A DNA stretch of 63,311 bases, filler included, from Octopus bimaculoides (GCF_001194135.2; 5 parts of 5 records of this genome joined end to end with filler, not necessarily neighbours in it), one strand, 5' to 3'; counted from the first letter of the whole stretch, positions 36,346 through 50,060 are shown. Made by a program: numbers and translations. The notes: generated from the letters alone by a model not told the origin.

Positions 36346-37673
36346 TTCTAGAATTTTCTGAATGAATACTTGTTTGGAAATTTTTTTTATCTCGCAAAAG
36401 CATACAGATAGAAAAGGTCGTGGGTGAACTGCAGAAGCATACCCTATATTCTAACTATTATAACTGTTTTTTATTTGTTATTTTCAAGCTTGGAATATGG
36501 CATTTGTGGTGCCGAAATATCAGTCGATGACTATTTATGTTTACGTAAATGGCATATCGCAATGCAATAGCGCTATTTTTATTCTAAGATATGCATACAC
36601 ATATCGTGTGCGTGTGTGTGTACGTGAGTTTGTTCAGCCGTTTTCACAGCATTATAGGACCCTCGCGCTTAAAAGTGCGGGAACGAAATTTATTTAAAGG
36701 GTGCGAACCTAGATCTAACCCCGGATGTTTAAAGCGTTTTCATTGCCTCCAAAGCTTTTAGGGGATGCGATTGCCCCCCCCTTCCCCTTCACCCGAGCCA
36801 ATGTCCACACACAGTATTCTACTGAGGTCTTTACGTACACAACCATAATATACATAAGTTAGGCTAGTAGACTCGTGAAACCCTAGAAAATAGCCCAAAA
36901 TTCCCATGTTGTAAGACAGGCCTTATATATACACATTCTTGAATACACATATGCATATACACATATACATACATTACTACATAAATGTGTGTATGAGAGT
37001 GTGTGAGTGTGAATGAGGACATGTTTGCTAAAGCCATATGCCCTATATGTATAAATGAGTGGGTGTTAATTGCATGCAGGTGTTGTGATAAATAAGAAAA
37101 GCACAGGGGAAATAACATAAAAGAAAAGCACTTTTACTTTTTTAGTGAAAATACTTTCCTTGATAAAATTATTCAGATTTAAAGTTTAGCTAAGCGACAT
37201 TTGACCTAAAATGTCTCTACTTTTTATACGATTAATCAATCTTCCAGTCTTGCTATTTTATATATATATATATATGTACGTTTTATTTATTTGCTCTTAA
37301 GATTAGTCTGTTTGCTTAAATTGAGCGACGTTTTCCGGGAGCTATTCATTTATTTTGGTGCAGTTGAACAGCTCCAAGCATTTCGTATCCTCTGTATGTT
37401 AATCACGTTGTTACCTCCCTTATAAAAAAACCCCAGTCAAACTCTGGTCAACAAAGATAAGAAAAATAGAAAAAGACAAAACAAATAATAGATATAAATA
37501 AATGACAAGAAAATAATTGTGGGGATTAGTAAATGAACATCTATTTTATTTTTGTATGTTCTTTTACAGAATTAACTTGATAAATAAAGCATAACATCAA
37601 ATTAAACGATAAACATACATGAATAAATATTTATCTTGCCCAATATTTATCTTATTCTATCGTTTCAATATCA

Positions 37674-37710
<37 letters not shown>

Positions 37711-37892
37711 CATTATTAAGTTAGTTTTTATCTTTTGGTGTTGGCGGTAGGGGAAATGGATTTCGTTTCCGTGAAAAGTATTGTAGGTCAGTCTGGGCAT
37801 CATTAGCCAGTTGTATCTATATACCACCCGTATAGGATGTTTACATCAGATTTCACTCAGTTTGCCCTTGCTTCTTCCCCTTTATCTCATAA

Positions 37893-37925
<33 letters not shown>

Positions 37926-38178
37926 GGCTGGTTTGTGATGTTTGACGTCTTTCATTTGCAATGTCTTTCTTTTGTTGCGTTTAACACAAACAGCCCTACA
38001 CTTTCAGAAGTTAGAAGGAGGCTAATTGTTATATGGATGCTGTAAAAATACAGAGTACATTCGAGTTCGGCCTAATTTGAAATCACAACGTAAAAGGATC
38101 TAATTAAAGCCGCAAAGCATTCTGTTAAGAGCGTTCTGAATTTCCTACACTAAACTTCTTAATAAGAATTTTTCCCCC

Positions 38179-38612
38179 GTTTCTACTCTAAGCACAAGGC
38201 ACAAAATTTCAGGTGAGGTGTTAGTCGATTATATTACCCCAGTGTTTAACAGGTACTTTCTTTATCGACCCCGAAAAGTTGAACAGCAAAGGAAATGGCA
38301 AAAACTACTTCGGCGGAATTTGAACCTAAGACGTAAAAGGCCATAAGAAATGTTGCTAAAGATGCTGTCCGATGCGCTAATCATTCTGCCAGCCCATTGC
38401 TTTCTTACTAAAAATATTGGTTTCAAATTTTGGCAAAAGGTCGGCAATTTCAGGAAGGTGGGTAAATCGGTTACATCGACCCCAATGCTTAACTGGTACT
38501 TATTTTATCGACCCTGAAAGGATGGAAAGCAATGTTGACCTCGTCGGAATTTTAAATCAGAACGTAAGGACGGATGAAATGCCGCTAAGCATTTGGCTCG
38601 ACGTGCTGATTC
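38179..38612 (-). mobile_element. Two tandem diverged family A SINEs (38179-38398 with tail 2; 38413-38612 with tail 3)
   Basis: Both contain TATCGACCC.GAAAG, CGGAATTT.AA..AGA.CGTA and GCTAA.CATT motifs. Confidence 0.8.
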
Positions 38613-40234
38613 TTAAGAATATTGAGTCCTAACATGGTCGCATAATTTTGAGGAAGGTTTTTTGATTCTTTAAGCCACAAAGCATCTCCTACAAACACTG
38701 TCCGACCCACATAGTTCCTGGTTGATATTATGATTCAAGATTTCTAACGTAGACACAAGTAAATCACTATTGGGAGTACGAGCAATCGATTCAATCACTT
38801 CTTGATTGTAGAAATATTGGATTAATAAGGCGAAATCTCACCATCTAACATTGTTTCACCTGAAATTATTTTAATGCTATCACGCTTCTCTTATACACGT
38901 GAATCCGAGAATTACTTTCAGTGCCTTTGTCAATGGAATACTCGGCCACTTCAACACTGGATTCAGTTACTCGAATAACCGAAAGCTTATCTATAGATAT
39001 GTACTTTTATGGATGCATCATGGGCTCGCGAGTTCAGTCCTACCGTGTAACATTTTGGACAAGTCTTTTACCTTAGTTTTAGGTTGACAAAAGCCTTTTT
39101 GTGAAATTTGGTAGATGGAAATTCTTCAGAAGCAAATCGGATGAACTGAATCCAGCATGGTCAGAAAGTATATCACGCTGATTCAGTTTGAGTATCATGC
39201 TAAAGCTACAAATTTCTGTCGAATCTTCAACCACTTTTGCATTAATTTATTCAATGAGTAGTTAAGTCGATTGACCATACAACTTGAATACACATGTTTG
39301 AAACCGCCAAAGATTTCTTTACATTAAGTATTCAAAACGATGCCTGTTACAGTCTGGTAGTTCCACTGAACATGATAAGGAAGGGAGCTCATTCTTGTCG
39401 TATCAATTCAGATTGCCTTGCCATAATCTCTTTATTTCAGATGATGCTAGATATGAAGCTTTGCTTTAAAGCTTAAGAATTTTGGCAATAGAGATGCGTT
39501 GAATAGTGGCTTGAATACAAATGAGAGCGTTAGTTCTTTAGTTGTGTGGTTCTCAAACTAAACCCTAGCACAGATAACAACCTTTCAACACTTCCTAAAA
39601 TCTTATATCTAACATCTGACACCTATCTAATTCTATCAGACGGATTGTTGTCCCAACACCTCCTCCACCATTCTTTTTTTTTTTTTCTTCGTGCTTTGGG
39701 CCAATCTTTGATTCTCACTTTGTGTCAACGGAACAAATATACGTTTTATCTATTTATTTATTTATTTATTTATCATTTCCTTTTTTGTCTTGCTTTGTTC
39801 TGTTTAACCGTCTGCTGTTTACTGAGGGTCTTTAGTTTGTTTCCCCAGAAGTTTCCATTTGTTTAATCACCAAACTTGATTTCCTATTGCCCCCTCCCCC
39901 ACCTCTTGAACATAATTGATATTCATGTACATCATATCTTTCTTAGATGATCCTTTGTTAAAGATAAAACCATTCCATAATATTGCACTTTGAAGGTTGA
40001 TAGCCTTAGACAGCATTTTATAACACATCTGATGTCTTCATGCAATATTTAGCTCTCATCTAATGGAGTACTTTTGTAATTTTACAGCCTAAAGGCAGAA
40101 ATATATGCCTCACTAAAGTGACAAAGGATAATAATTAGCACCAGAATTGCTAGAAATAAGAGTCAAAACAACTCAATAGCCACGGAAAGCACTATCTTAA
40201 TGACTGACAAGGGAGGCAAGATAGCAGCGGAAAT

Positions 40235-40278
40235 AGCCAGATCATCGAAGATTTCGCATTTTAATCTCATCAGTGGCT
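40235..40278 (-). ncRNA. Minimal type I hammerhead ribozyme
   Basis: Minus strand: AGCCA CUGAUGA GAUUAAAAUGC GAAA UC UUCGAU GA U C^UGGCU. All core nucleotides are present, with a 5-bp stem I adjacent to the core, G10.1-C11.1, a 3-bp stem III and an AUC cleavage triplet. Confidence 0.7.
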
Positions 40279-40368
40279 CTCACTTCACCGAGGGTTAAAC
40301 TCAGTATATGTATAATGTGTTGAGGCGTGTGCGTTGGACGCATATATACATGTGTGCGTGTGTGTGTG

Positions 40369-40432
<64 letters not shown>

Positions 40433-40498
40433 TGNNNNNNNNNNNNNNNNNNNNNNNNNNNNNNNNNNNNNNNNNNNNNNNNNNNNNNNNTATATATA

Positions 40499-40534
<36 letters not shown>

Positions 40535-40568
40535 TACATATATACATATATATATATGTGTGTGTATG

Positions 40569-40624
<56 letters not shown>

Positions 40625-41375
40625 TGTATGTATGTATGTATGTATGCGCTATGTGTACATGTATGTATGCGCCCAATACACATGCCTGAATAATTTATAC
40701 ATATACTGAACACATTTGTATAGTTTATTCTTTTCTTTTTCTTCTTTCACCACCTGAAAAAATGTTGAAACCTCTAGACGTATTTGTATCTTAAGAAAGA
40801 GCTTCAGAAATCAAAAGCGTTTTGCGTTCTTTTCATCCCATTTGTACATTGATTGATTCAAAATGGTGTACAAAGTGTTGTCGTCTTATGTTTGTGCGGT
40901 AGTACTGAACAGCAGCCAAGATATACATGTCTAAATCTCATATTAATATTAAACAATTCTGTATCATTCCTTTTGCCAGTTCAAAAATGTCAATATCTCT
41001 AGCTGTATTTTTATCTCAACAAAGACCTTTACAAGTCAGAAACGACTTTTCGCTCCTTTCACTTGGTTTGTATATTGAATCATTCAAAACAGCTGACAAG
41101 CAATCGCCTTTTTCTTGCGAGCTAATATGGCGGAGGCTGACGAAGAATGTCGCGATTTCGGATTGCAGAAATTTGTCCAAGCGCTGAAGATGAGTATTTA
41201 GAATAAGCTTGCTTGATGAGAATCTACTGTGTTTTTAAACACTATTCCCTATTTATGATTCAGACAAATGAAGTAGTTCTAAATATGTTAACTTACTATT
41301 AGCTGTTTGTTGAGCTCTTTGTGGCAATGAATCTGCAGTTAGATCAGTCGGAATATGTAATGTTTAACACGTGAC

Positions 41376-41432
<57 letters not shown>

Positions 41433-41619
41433 NNNNNNNNNNNNNNNNNNNNNNNNNNNNNNNNNNNNNNNNNNNNNNNNNNNNNNNNNNNNNNNNNNNN
41501 NNNNNNNNNNNNNNNNNNNNNNNNNNNNNNNNNNNNNNNNNNNNNNNNNNNNNNNNNNNNNNNNNNNNNNNNNNNNNNNNNNNNNNNNNNNNNNNNNNNN
41601 NNNNNNNNNNNNNNNNNNN

Positions 41620-41656
<37 letters not shown>

Positions 41657-43449
41657 CATTTATACATACATATACACACACACACGCACACATATATTTG
41701 CTGGCAAAGCATACATCTATGACATATGCATACCACACAGATCTATATACGTTTGTGTATGCCCAATCACATAGGCATATATACACTCACGCATGCACAT
41801 ATTTGTACACATTATCTACACACGTACGCGCGCGCATGCGCATACATGGACACGCACATATCTTATAATAGATACCAGGTAACCATGGAAATAAGTTTAC
41901 GCCACCTCTTGATCATTTTTATCGTTGTTTTTTCTTTTATCATTCCTTTTGATTTTTTTCTTCTTTAATTATCTCCACTCCTTATTTTTTTTCACTGATT
42001 AAAGAACTGAATTTCAAGAATCCAATCGTATATCGATCATAAATTCTCTTGGGTCATTTCCCACCTTTACTTTAATTTCATTCTTTCTCTCGTAATTAAT
42101 TAGCTATTTGACCCACCACCACCACCACCACCACCATCAGCACTACTATCAACACTACTTCCTCTCTCTTAGTCTTGTCTCTATTTCTTATCCTTTCTAT
42201 TATCTTCTTTTTCTTTGCTCTTTCCCTCTACTCATTCTTCTCTCATTATTCCATTCTAATTTTTTGCCAACTTGTTTTCCCCTTATACTCACCCACTGAC
42301 AAATCTTTAACTACCTTCTGTCTTTTACTGAGGATATCGATCTCACACCAAATGACCATATGTGTAGCTATTGTGCTGGCTGAGAACACTGCCCACTACA
42401 GCTGGGGTAAACAACCATATTTATAGCTGCAGGGACACTGTCCTGCATCATCATTGTATATGCAAGTTGACCATCAAGAAGACAAAACATACTCTTGTGC
42501 GTCTCACAGTTCGTAAAGTCTCGATACATGCATTGCAATTGGTCTATCTATTCCTTTCCATCTTGGATATCTAGGTCCTTTTTACAAATCTTATATGTGG
42601 TTATTATAGATCAGTAAGCCAATAAAACCATCGAATTTCCCTACGCATTTTATTTCCAATTCCTATCTACATATATCTCTCTAGTAAAACCAGTCCCAAA
42701 CTCACTCTCTTCTCAGAATAACACGCCCTACCACCTAACCACATTATACTTATATTCACCAATTCACTTTTACTCAAGACAGCCCAAACCCCTGTTAGTG
42801 TTCCCTCCATCATTCTAGTACTTTTTTTTATGTATATATTTGCATATTTTATTTTAGTAGTGCATTTTTTTCTTGTTTTCTTACCTCTGTTGCTTTTGCT
42901 GTTCTTGTTGCTTTAGTGTCATGGTGATAAAACGTGAACCGAAACTCAAGAGAAAAAAATAGCATTCGTTTAGAAAGAGCTCCACATAGCTTAACACGAA
43001 ATAGTTATTCCTCTCTCCGACAACAAACACACTCCATGATTTTGTGTTATAAACATTGACTTTTGACACGACCCAGACAAAACAATAATCTTCAAGGTTC
43101 ATAAATATTATCAAATATCAGACGCAGTTTGTTGCTTTTAAGCTTTAAGTTCAATTCCATCAATTCACGTTATTATTATTCTATTTAAATATCAGCTAAC
43201 TTAATACCGCTGCTATCGATAAAACATGTCCAGTAACATAGTGTTATCATATATATATACACGTATACATATATGTGTATGTGTGTATACATATATAAAC
43301 GTAAGTATATAATAAAATATGATATAAAGCATAATATTATATATGTCCATGGATACATACGTAAGCGAACAATTTCGTTATAAGAACAACATACTTGAAC
43401 GAAAACCCATCAATTGCATGTTTGTAATAAATCCACTAGCGACGTATTG

Positions 43450-45440
43450 CAGTATTAACAGTAATTCCATCAAGATTGTTAGAAACGTCTTCCTTGGATC
43501 AACTCGAGTCATTTTGGAAAAGATTTAGAATGTAAAACAACGACATAACCGTAGTGAGTTCAGTGTAAAATTCTCACCAAAAATTATATCAAGTGTGAAA
43601 CCATCCTAGCGGTTGTTGCAAAACTACCGAATAGAAAAATCATCTGAGGGAGCCCTAAGAGTTGGTTATTGGTATAGAAAGGTCACCTTTTAAAAGACAT
43701 CTCCAGTTATCGTATTCAAAATAGCAATGAAGGCCGAGATTGATGTGCCAGATGAGTTGGTAGTTGCACATAGCTAAAAACCAGGAGACGGAAATGGCTA
43801 AAAATTATTGGACCATAGGTTGCATTTCTCCGGGATTACTATCAAATACACATTGCGGTAATAGAAAAGCAGGCAGGAAAAGAAAAAAAGAAGGAGTCTG
43901 AGGCTGTGCCAAACATCTCATGAACAAAACTGTCCTTAAGGAAGCGAAACCTGATCGCTGTATAGCTAACTATAAGGTGGCATTCGACATATATTGAGTC
44001 ACTGCACCTTGCTAAGTTTCCAACTGCCATAGGCAATGCCATTAAGAGGCTGACAACTATATGGTCAACAGAATTATCGATAAGAACTAAAAGAATTAAA
44101 CTATCGAAAGAAATATTCTGGGATAACAGCTTATCTGTAACGCTTAACGTCTTAACAGTGAACCTTTGTCAACCCCGTTGAAGAAATACAGAAGTCACGT
44201 GATAGGGATGCAGATAAAAGAAAGATTAATATCACTTTTTATGACCTTAAGTTGTATTCGAGCAATACTTATAACGCCAAGAAATAGTTAAAGATGGCTG
44301 CAACACTTTCATAAAATATAGGAAGGTGGTTTCGTCAGAACTAGTGTTCGTATTTGGTAATCAGCCGAGGAAAGTTTGTCGACCAGGAAAGGTATATAGA
44401 CATCATATTTCTAATAACAAGGAATCGACGAGAATATCGCATATGATGATATTCTGAGTAAAGCTAGATGACAAAAGAATACTTCCGCAGATTTCACAAG
44501 GTATGGAAGTCAGAGCTGGCTGCAGTCAATAAAACTATACTTTACAATGCTTCCGCAGTGCCGCTGCTAGTACCTGCATTGGTGATACTAGATTGACCAC
44601 AAAGAAATCTGCAACTTGGACACTAGAGCTAGAATGATACTAACAATGGCTTGTAGCTGCCACCTCATCAGTGATAATGATAGGTTCTATGTTAAACGGA
44701 AGGTTGGAGGTTGAAGAATAATGAGTATATCAGGTGTATACTTAACAATGAACGACATACGCTATTAGGTGAAGAATACCTGAAAAGTACTTCGCGTTTA
44801 CATTTCCTCCGTGTGAACCGAAGGTGACTGAACTGAACTACTTATACGGAGACCTGGAAGAGAAATACTCATCATATTGCCAAAAATTTATGCATGGGCA
44901 CATATCCCGCAAGCTAGAGAATGCTAGCACATTAACAGAAATAGCAGACTCTCCCGGACCTGTAATAAGTACATCACATTTCTCTTGGATATGTATATAC
45001 TGTACGGCTTTGCAATCAAAGTATATGAGATACCTGCGAAATATCTGATCAACCTCTAAACTTCTACGTTGTGCTAAAAATTGTCGCTTGTTCCAACCAT
45101 TCTAGGAAATACCAAAGTTATCACTTGTATGTGAAAAATCATTAGCCAGATACTACCTTCTCTTGAAATATGACATTGTTGCTAAGATGGTCTGCATTGC
45201 TATACGCCAGAAGGGTTTTTCTGATGGCCATACCAAAGGTGACCCAAAACAAGAGTAGTAGTGGAACATGCTAATTAAAAACAACAACAAGCCGACATGG
45301 GACAGGGATGAAACGTTGTGAACTATTGTAAAGGTTAGCTACCTAGCACATGTGAGGGTCTTTCCAAAAACCGAAGAAAGGGGAACATTTGTGGAGAACT
45401 GATGAGAAATCTACAGCTCTTATAGCTGGATGATATATTT
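43450..45440 (+). mobile_element. Old, heavily decayed R4/Dong-clade (RLE) non-LTR retrotransposon
   Basis: Frame-hopping translation gives LESFWK, GCAKHLMNKTVLKEAK...NYKVAFD, KVWKSELAAVNK...NASAVPLL, RARMILTMACSCHLISDNDRFYVKRKVGG, CRL...C...LARYYL..KYDIVAK (CCHC knuckle) and NNNKP. These motifs occur in the R4/Dong ORF order. Confidence 0.85.
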
Positions 45441-45659
45441 TCCTTTATTTTTGTTATCAGTGATGCAGTGGGTTATTTAACAAAGGATCTGCATAGAAAC
45501 CTAAAACTGTTTGTGTTCTCCAAAAACAGGAACAGATCAAACTCATTCGCATTCTACAGATAAAATCGATTAAAGGAACAGGAAAAATTCTTTTAGATAT
45601 TCCAGGGGTTCTCAATTTAAGGATCCGGGTGAACATATAAACACAATCACACACGTATA

Positions 45660-45881
45660 CACGAGGGGGTCCTGCAAAGTTCCTGTGCTTTGAGCAAAAG
45701 AAAATATAGGAGGATCGTTTAACCATGATATTTTTTTAGAATATTATCGTCTCTGATTCACACACGTATTGCAGCGGTCCTTCAGTTTTTCTAAGCCCTG
45801 TAAAAGAACTCTGAAGGGTGGGCCTTCAGTCAGGCCTTTCACGATACCCTAAAGCCAGGAACTTTTCAGCACACCCTCGTA
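45660..45881. mobile_element. Tc1/mariner MITE with TA TSD
   Basis: TA-CACGAGGGGGTCCTGCAAAGTTCCTG...CAGGAACTTTTCAGCACACCCTCGTA-TA, with roughly 30-bp imperfect TIRs. Confidence 0.85.
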
Positions 45882-46259
45882 TATATATGAAATACAGATA
45901 CGCACATTCAATCGTGCATGCATGCATTCATTCATTCATACATATATACATACATACATACATACATACATACATACACACATACATACAGACGTAAATG
46001 CACACTCATACACATACATATCATTTAAGTATGTATGCAACTATATGCATGAGAGAATGCACACATAAAACAAAACATACAAATCTGCACATGCAATGAC
46101 TCCAAATACTGCACATATACACAGATACATGCAAAAATACCCAGTGGTTGTTGAAATTCCAGTGGTTAGAAACCGGCTCTTTCTCTATTGGCAAGAAATC
46201 TTGAAAGGAAAATGAATAATGAAAACATACGCACATGCACATATACATGAAATCATACG

Positions 46260-46588
46260 AGGAAGGGCCCCTTCAGTCATGAATGACTATGGATTTACAC
46301 CTAAAATGTTATTCTCCGAGGCACATGTCCGGGCATGTTTGCTTATATAAGACCAGCAGTCACTCATATATACCAGCCTCTCCTCTCCACACCACTGATG
46401 TTATCCAAGGGAAAGGCAAAGGCCGATACAGCTTTGCACCAGTGATGTCGCAACTCATTTCTACAGCTGAGTGGACTGGATCAACGTGAAATAAAGTGTC
46501 TTGCTCAAGAATACAACACACAGTCCGGTTCGGTAGTCGAACTCACAACCTCAGGATTGTGAGCCCGACGCTCTAACCAGTGAGCCCA
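46260..46588 (-). mobile_element. tRNA-derived SINE with the same CORE-like block as family C but a different 3' half
   Basis: Minus strand: GGCTCACTGGTTAGAGCGTCGGGCTCACAATCCTGAGGTTGTGAGTTCGACTACC (tRNA-like, CAC in the anticodon-like loop), then TTCTTGAGCAAGACACTTTATTTCACGTTG..CCAGTCCACTCAGCTG. Confidence 0.82.
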
Positions 46589-46693
46589 TACACACACACA
46601 CACACACACACACACAAATCAGTTGATCGCTCGACCGGGAGAAAGAGAGAGAGAGAGAGAGATCTCGATAGATAGATAGATAGATAGAGAGAG

Positions 46694-46737
<44 letters not shown>

Positions 46738-47410
46738 GTAGATAGACAGAGGAAAAGAGTGAGAGTAAGACAGTCAGACAGACAGATATGTATGTATGTA
46801 TATATATATATGTATAAGTACCTATTATATACTGATGTAAACACAAATGTGCCAGCGAATATACGATAAAACAAGTAATTCTCTCTCGATTTCATTCCCA
46901 CTGGTAGCCATTTTTTCTATTTTCTGTGTCTTTATGCGGGACATTTTGAACTTCTGTGCCTCGAATTAATTACCTACAAGGAACATGAACCAACTGACAG
47001 AAATGTTGACAGTTGTAAACTTTCTCTACGCAGTGGGGGAATTTATTTGTCATCCACTTAATACCGCAGAGATCAAAATTAAGTGCAGATTCTAACAAAC
47101 TCTACGGAAGTTTGGGGCAAGATCAACTTAAAATATCCTTCCCCTACTTATTTTATCAAGAAAGATTAATCTGGCCTCCACCTCACCTCACTTCAAATTC
47201 CTCTCCTGCCTTGCAACAACAACAAAAAAAGAATTAATAATATGAAATACATAAAAATAAGAAAAAGAAATCATGACAATTTTTTTTATTTTATTGCTAT
47301 TATTTTTTGATGTTGTTGTTGTGGTTGTTGTTGTTACTGACGACGACGACGACGACGATGACGACGACGACGACGACGACGACGACGATGATGATGATGA
47401 TGAAGACAAT

Positions 47411-49775
47411 GTTTACCCCCAGTTCAATATTGAGACGTATGATCAAAGGCATTCTAGCCGTGGCCATCATGACTGTCTTCTTATGCCACGAAAAGAAGGG
47501 TTACATTATCCTGCATACCCATTTCAAAGATAGCAAGGCATTACTCGATTGAGATTTGACTGCTATTTCTAGAATGCGTGACCGCTTGGAGTCTCCCACG
47601 CTTGTGCCTTCAGTTTTCGAGCTATCCTTTTTGTTGTCAGGGAGTTGCTATCTTCCAACAATATTATTGAAAGTCGAGTGAATGTGACAACTTATATGTG
47701 TGTATACATATATAAACATACACACATTTGCTTGTTTTCGTGTATCAATGTGAGATGAAAATCGGTACATTCGAACAGAAATATATCACAGAGTTAGGAT
47801 TAGGGTTGCGGTATTATCTCCCCTTATATTCACTTTACATTTAGTATGTGACGAGAACGATGGCGTAGACAGCAAAATATTATAGCCAAAATAATCGATT
47901 AAGGCTCCTAATTGTAGCTCAATGACTGAAACTAGTTAATGTACAAAAGACAAACAGAGATAGCTGAATGTAAACCACAATGTAGCTCTGACAATAAATA
48001 ACAATATGTATGTAATAATACCAGTTTCTCTAAATATGTAATGTCAACATTGCGAATATATTAATAGATGTCAACAACCATGAATAGAAACGTTATAACA
48101 AAACGACGCGAAACATCGACACCAGTCAACAAGAAACTATTAGTATTTATACAAACATTGCAAGAGGAAGCTCAGTGAAGTGTAACTCAGAATATAAGTA
48201 GAGCCAGCTCATGAAAACATGCGAGCGCAACCAGTTGCACCAACACAATTTAATGATTGGTTGGAAGAATGGAGAAATTATAAATACGAATGAACTGTTT
48301 AGATTCAAGCGTAGAATGGTCGAATAGTGGTAAGTATGGCTGTATTTCTACTAACAAGACTTTTGATACTTGTTGACATATACAATATCGAATTTTTTCC
48401 CCGCTTTTTACTTCCACCACAGTGATTTTATGTTTTGACTTTTAACCCCAGGTCAACACTGCTAAACATGACATGTGATCACAGATATTATAATCTTGAT
48501 CAATCTGTTTTTTACCCAGACATACGGTATGGTATATAGGACAACGCAGTCCAATACCTCATTCCCTTTGTTTAAAGATGGTACGGTGTCTTAGTCAGTG
48601 CCATGATTTGCATCAACATTCTGGTCAATTGCCCGATCTAAAACCCTTTGGTAATCGATGTATGTGGTAGTAATGTATACAGGGATTCCACTCTAATACT
48701 TATCCATGTAATACTATTAAGACAGTCATTATGATACGATGAACATTATTTTACTGTCTCCAACAGATTCAGCGATCACATAGAGGTTCATTGGTTTTAT
48801 GGCCACAACGTTGACGCTCAACTGTTGTATACCTACAACGAATGTATGTCAGTAGTTTTTAAAGAATAATATGCTTATCCATCAATAGATTTATCTTCGC
48901 TGGTTGAGCGTCAGACAAATCGATAAAGTCTCAGACCTCGACTTTAAGTATTGTTATTTCACATTCCATTGTTAACGTACCACGATCCATAGCAAAGACT
49001 TAAAAATTGTGCTGCTAAAAATGGGGTGTCACAAGGAGTATCTAGATGTGTCGCGAATTCTTAAAAACACCTGACTTTGTATCCCCTTTGTTATATATAC
49101 TTTTGCGTATTGTTTTATGTATTTTTGAGAGTAGACAAAAGACCACTTTTCGTTTTGTAGGTGTGGGTTTATATAGAAGTGTCAATTTAATGAGCTCTAG
49201 TTCTTGGATGGCACTGTTTTTAATCGACACTGGAAGGATGTAATACAAAGTTAACCTCAGCAGCTTTCAACTCAGAAAGTAATAACAGTACCATGAACAA
49301 ACATATACGTAATTTTGTTATAAATAGGATTTATAACATAACACAAGTTAACTAAAAGCTTTGTATATTTTTTCTAAATGTTGAACTTTTAATCAGTTTC
49401 TTTTTAAACTTGCCATGTGAAGTACGTCAGTCAATTTTTATTTGATTTTTTTTCAGTAAGGCATGGAATCAAAAAGATTGAGCAACACTATTTTAGACTT
49501 TCCCGATCTCTCTTAGATCTTTCGATTTGAAATGACTAACATATATCTGTATAGCTTGCAGTTGTAACCAGAATCACGTCTCGTTAGATTGCAATGTTGA
49601 CTTCAGATTTACTTGGAAGTCTGTGCCATGATGTAACGTTTCTGTCACGTCTGTCACCCTCTTTTCACCCGATAAAATCAATATTATGTCCAATATACAT
49701 AGTTGTTGTTGTTGATGATTGTTTAGCCCTAGGTCAGTAAACAGTGAATAAACCTATGATCAAAAGCATCCGATT
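47411..49775 (-). mobile_element. Three short 3'-end fragments of a further retroelement family G (about 47411-47470, 48441-48490, 49702-49775)
   Basis: Shared TTTA.CCC.AGGTCA...A.CT.TGATCAAA.GCAT. Two copies adjoin (GTT)n or (GAT)n tracts, read as minus-strand tails. Opposite-strand stubs lie near 1945 and 29465. Confidence 0.5.
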
Positions 49776-49888
49776 TTATGCTAGAATTTTGTCAGCCGGA
49801 TTATATTTTTGAACATATATTTGCGTTTTTGCTTCTTCTTTTTTTTTTGTTTTTTCTTTTGCTTTGTTTCTTTTTCTTTTTGTATGTA

Positions 49889-50060
49889 TGGGTGAAGTCG
49901 ATTTAATCGACTTTAGATCTGAAATGCTACTTTATTTCACCGACCGTAGAAAGATGAAAAATAAATATGACCTCGACAGAGTTGAACTCAGGATGTCAAG
50001 ATACGAAAGAAATACCACAAAGCATTTTGTCTGACTCTAACTATTCATCCAATTAGCTGG
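49889..50060 (-). mobile_element. Old family A SINE
   Basis: GTCGATTTAATCGAC...GACCTCGACAGAGTTGAACTCAG...AAATACCACAAAGCATTTTGTC. Confidence 0.6.

Noticed and set aside
41138-41180. CTGACGA...GAAA...GTC motif; also CTGAAGAGGGC on the minus strand near 13900
   Set aside because: No credible stems at 41138, and GACA instead of GAAA at 13900.
45602-45615. CAGGGGTTCTCAA hAT-like terminus; similar stub near 39547
   Set aside because: No partner TIR or TSD.
46520-46588. tRNA-Val(CAC)-like sequence, and tRNA-like heads at 19085 and 57722
   Set aside because: Acceptor stems do not close and each runs into a SINE body, so they are SINE heads rather than tRNA genes.
48210-48335. Short ORFs before a strong G|GTAAGT donor
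   Set aside because: The longer frames stop before the donor, and the only open option needs a weak acceptor and a 27-nt exon.
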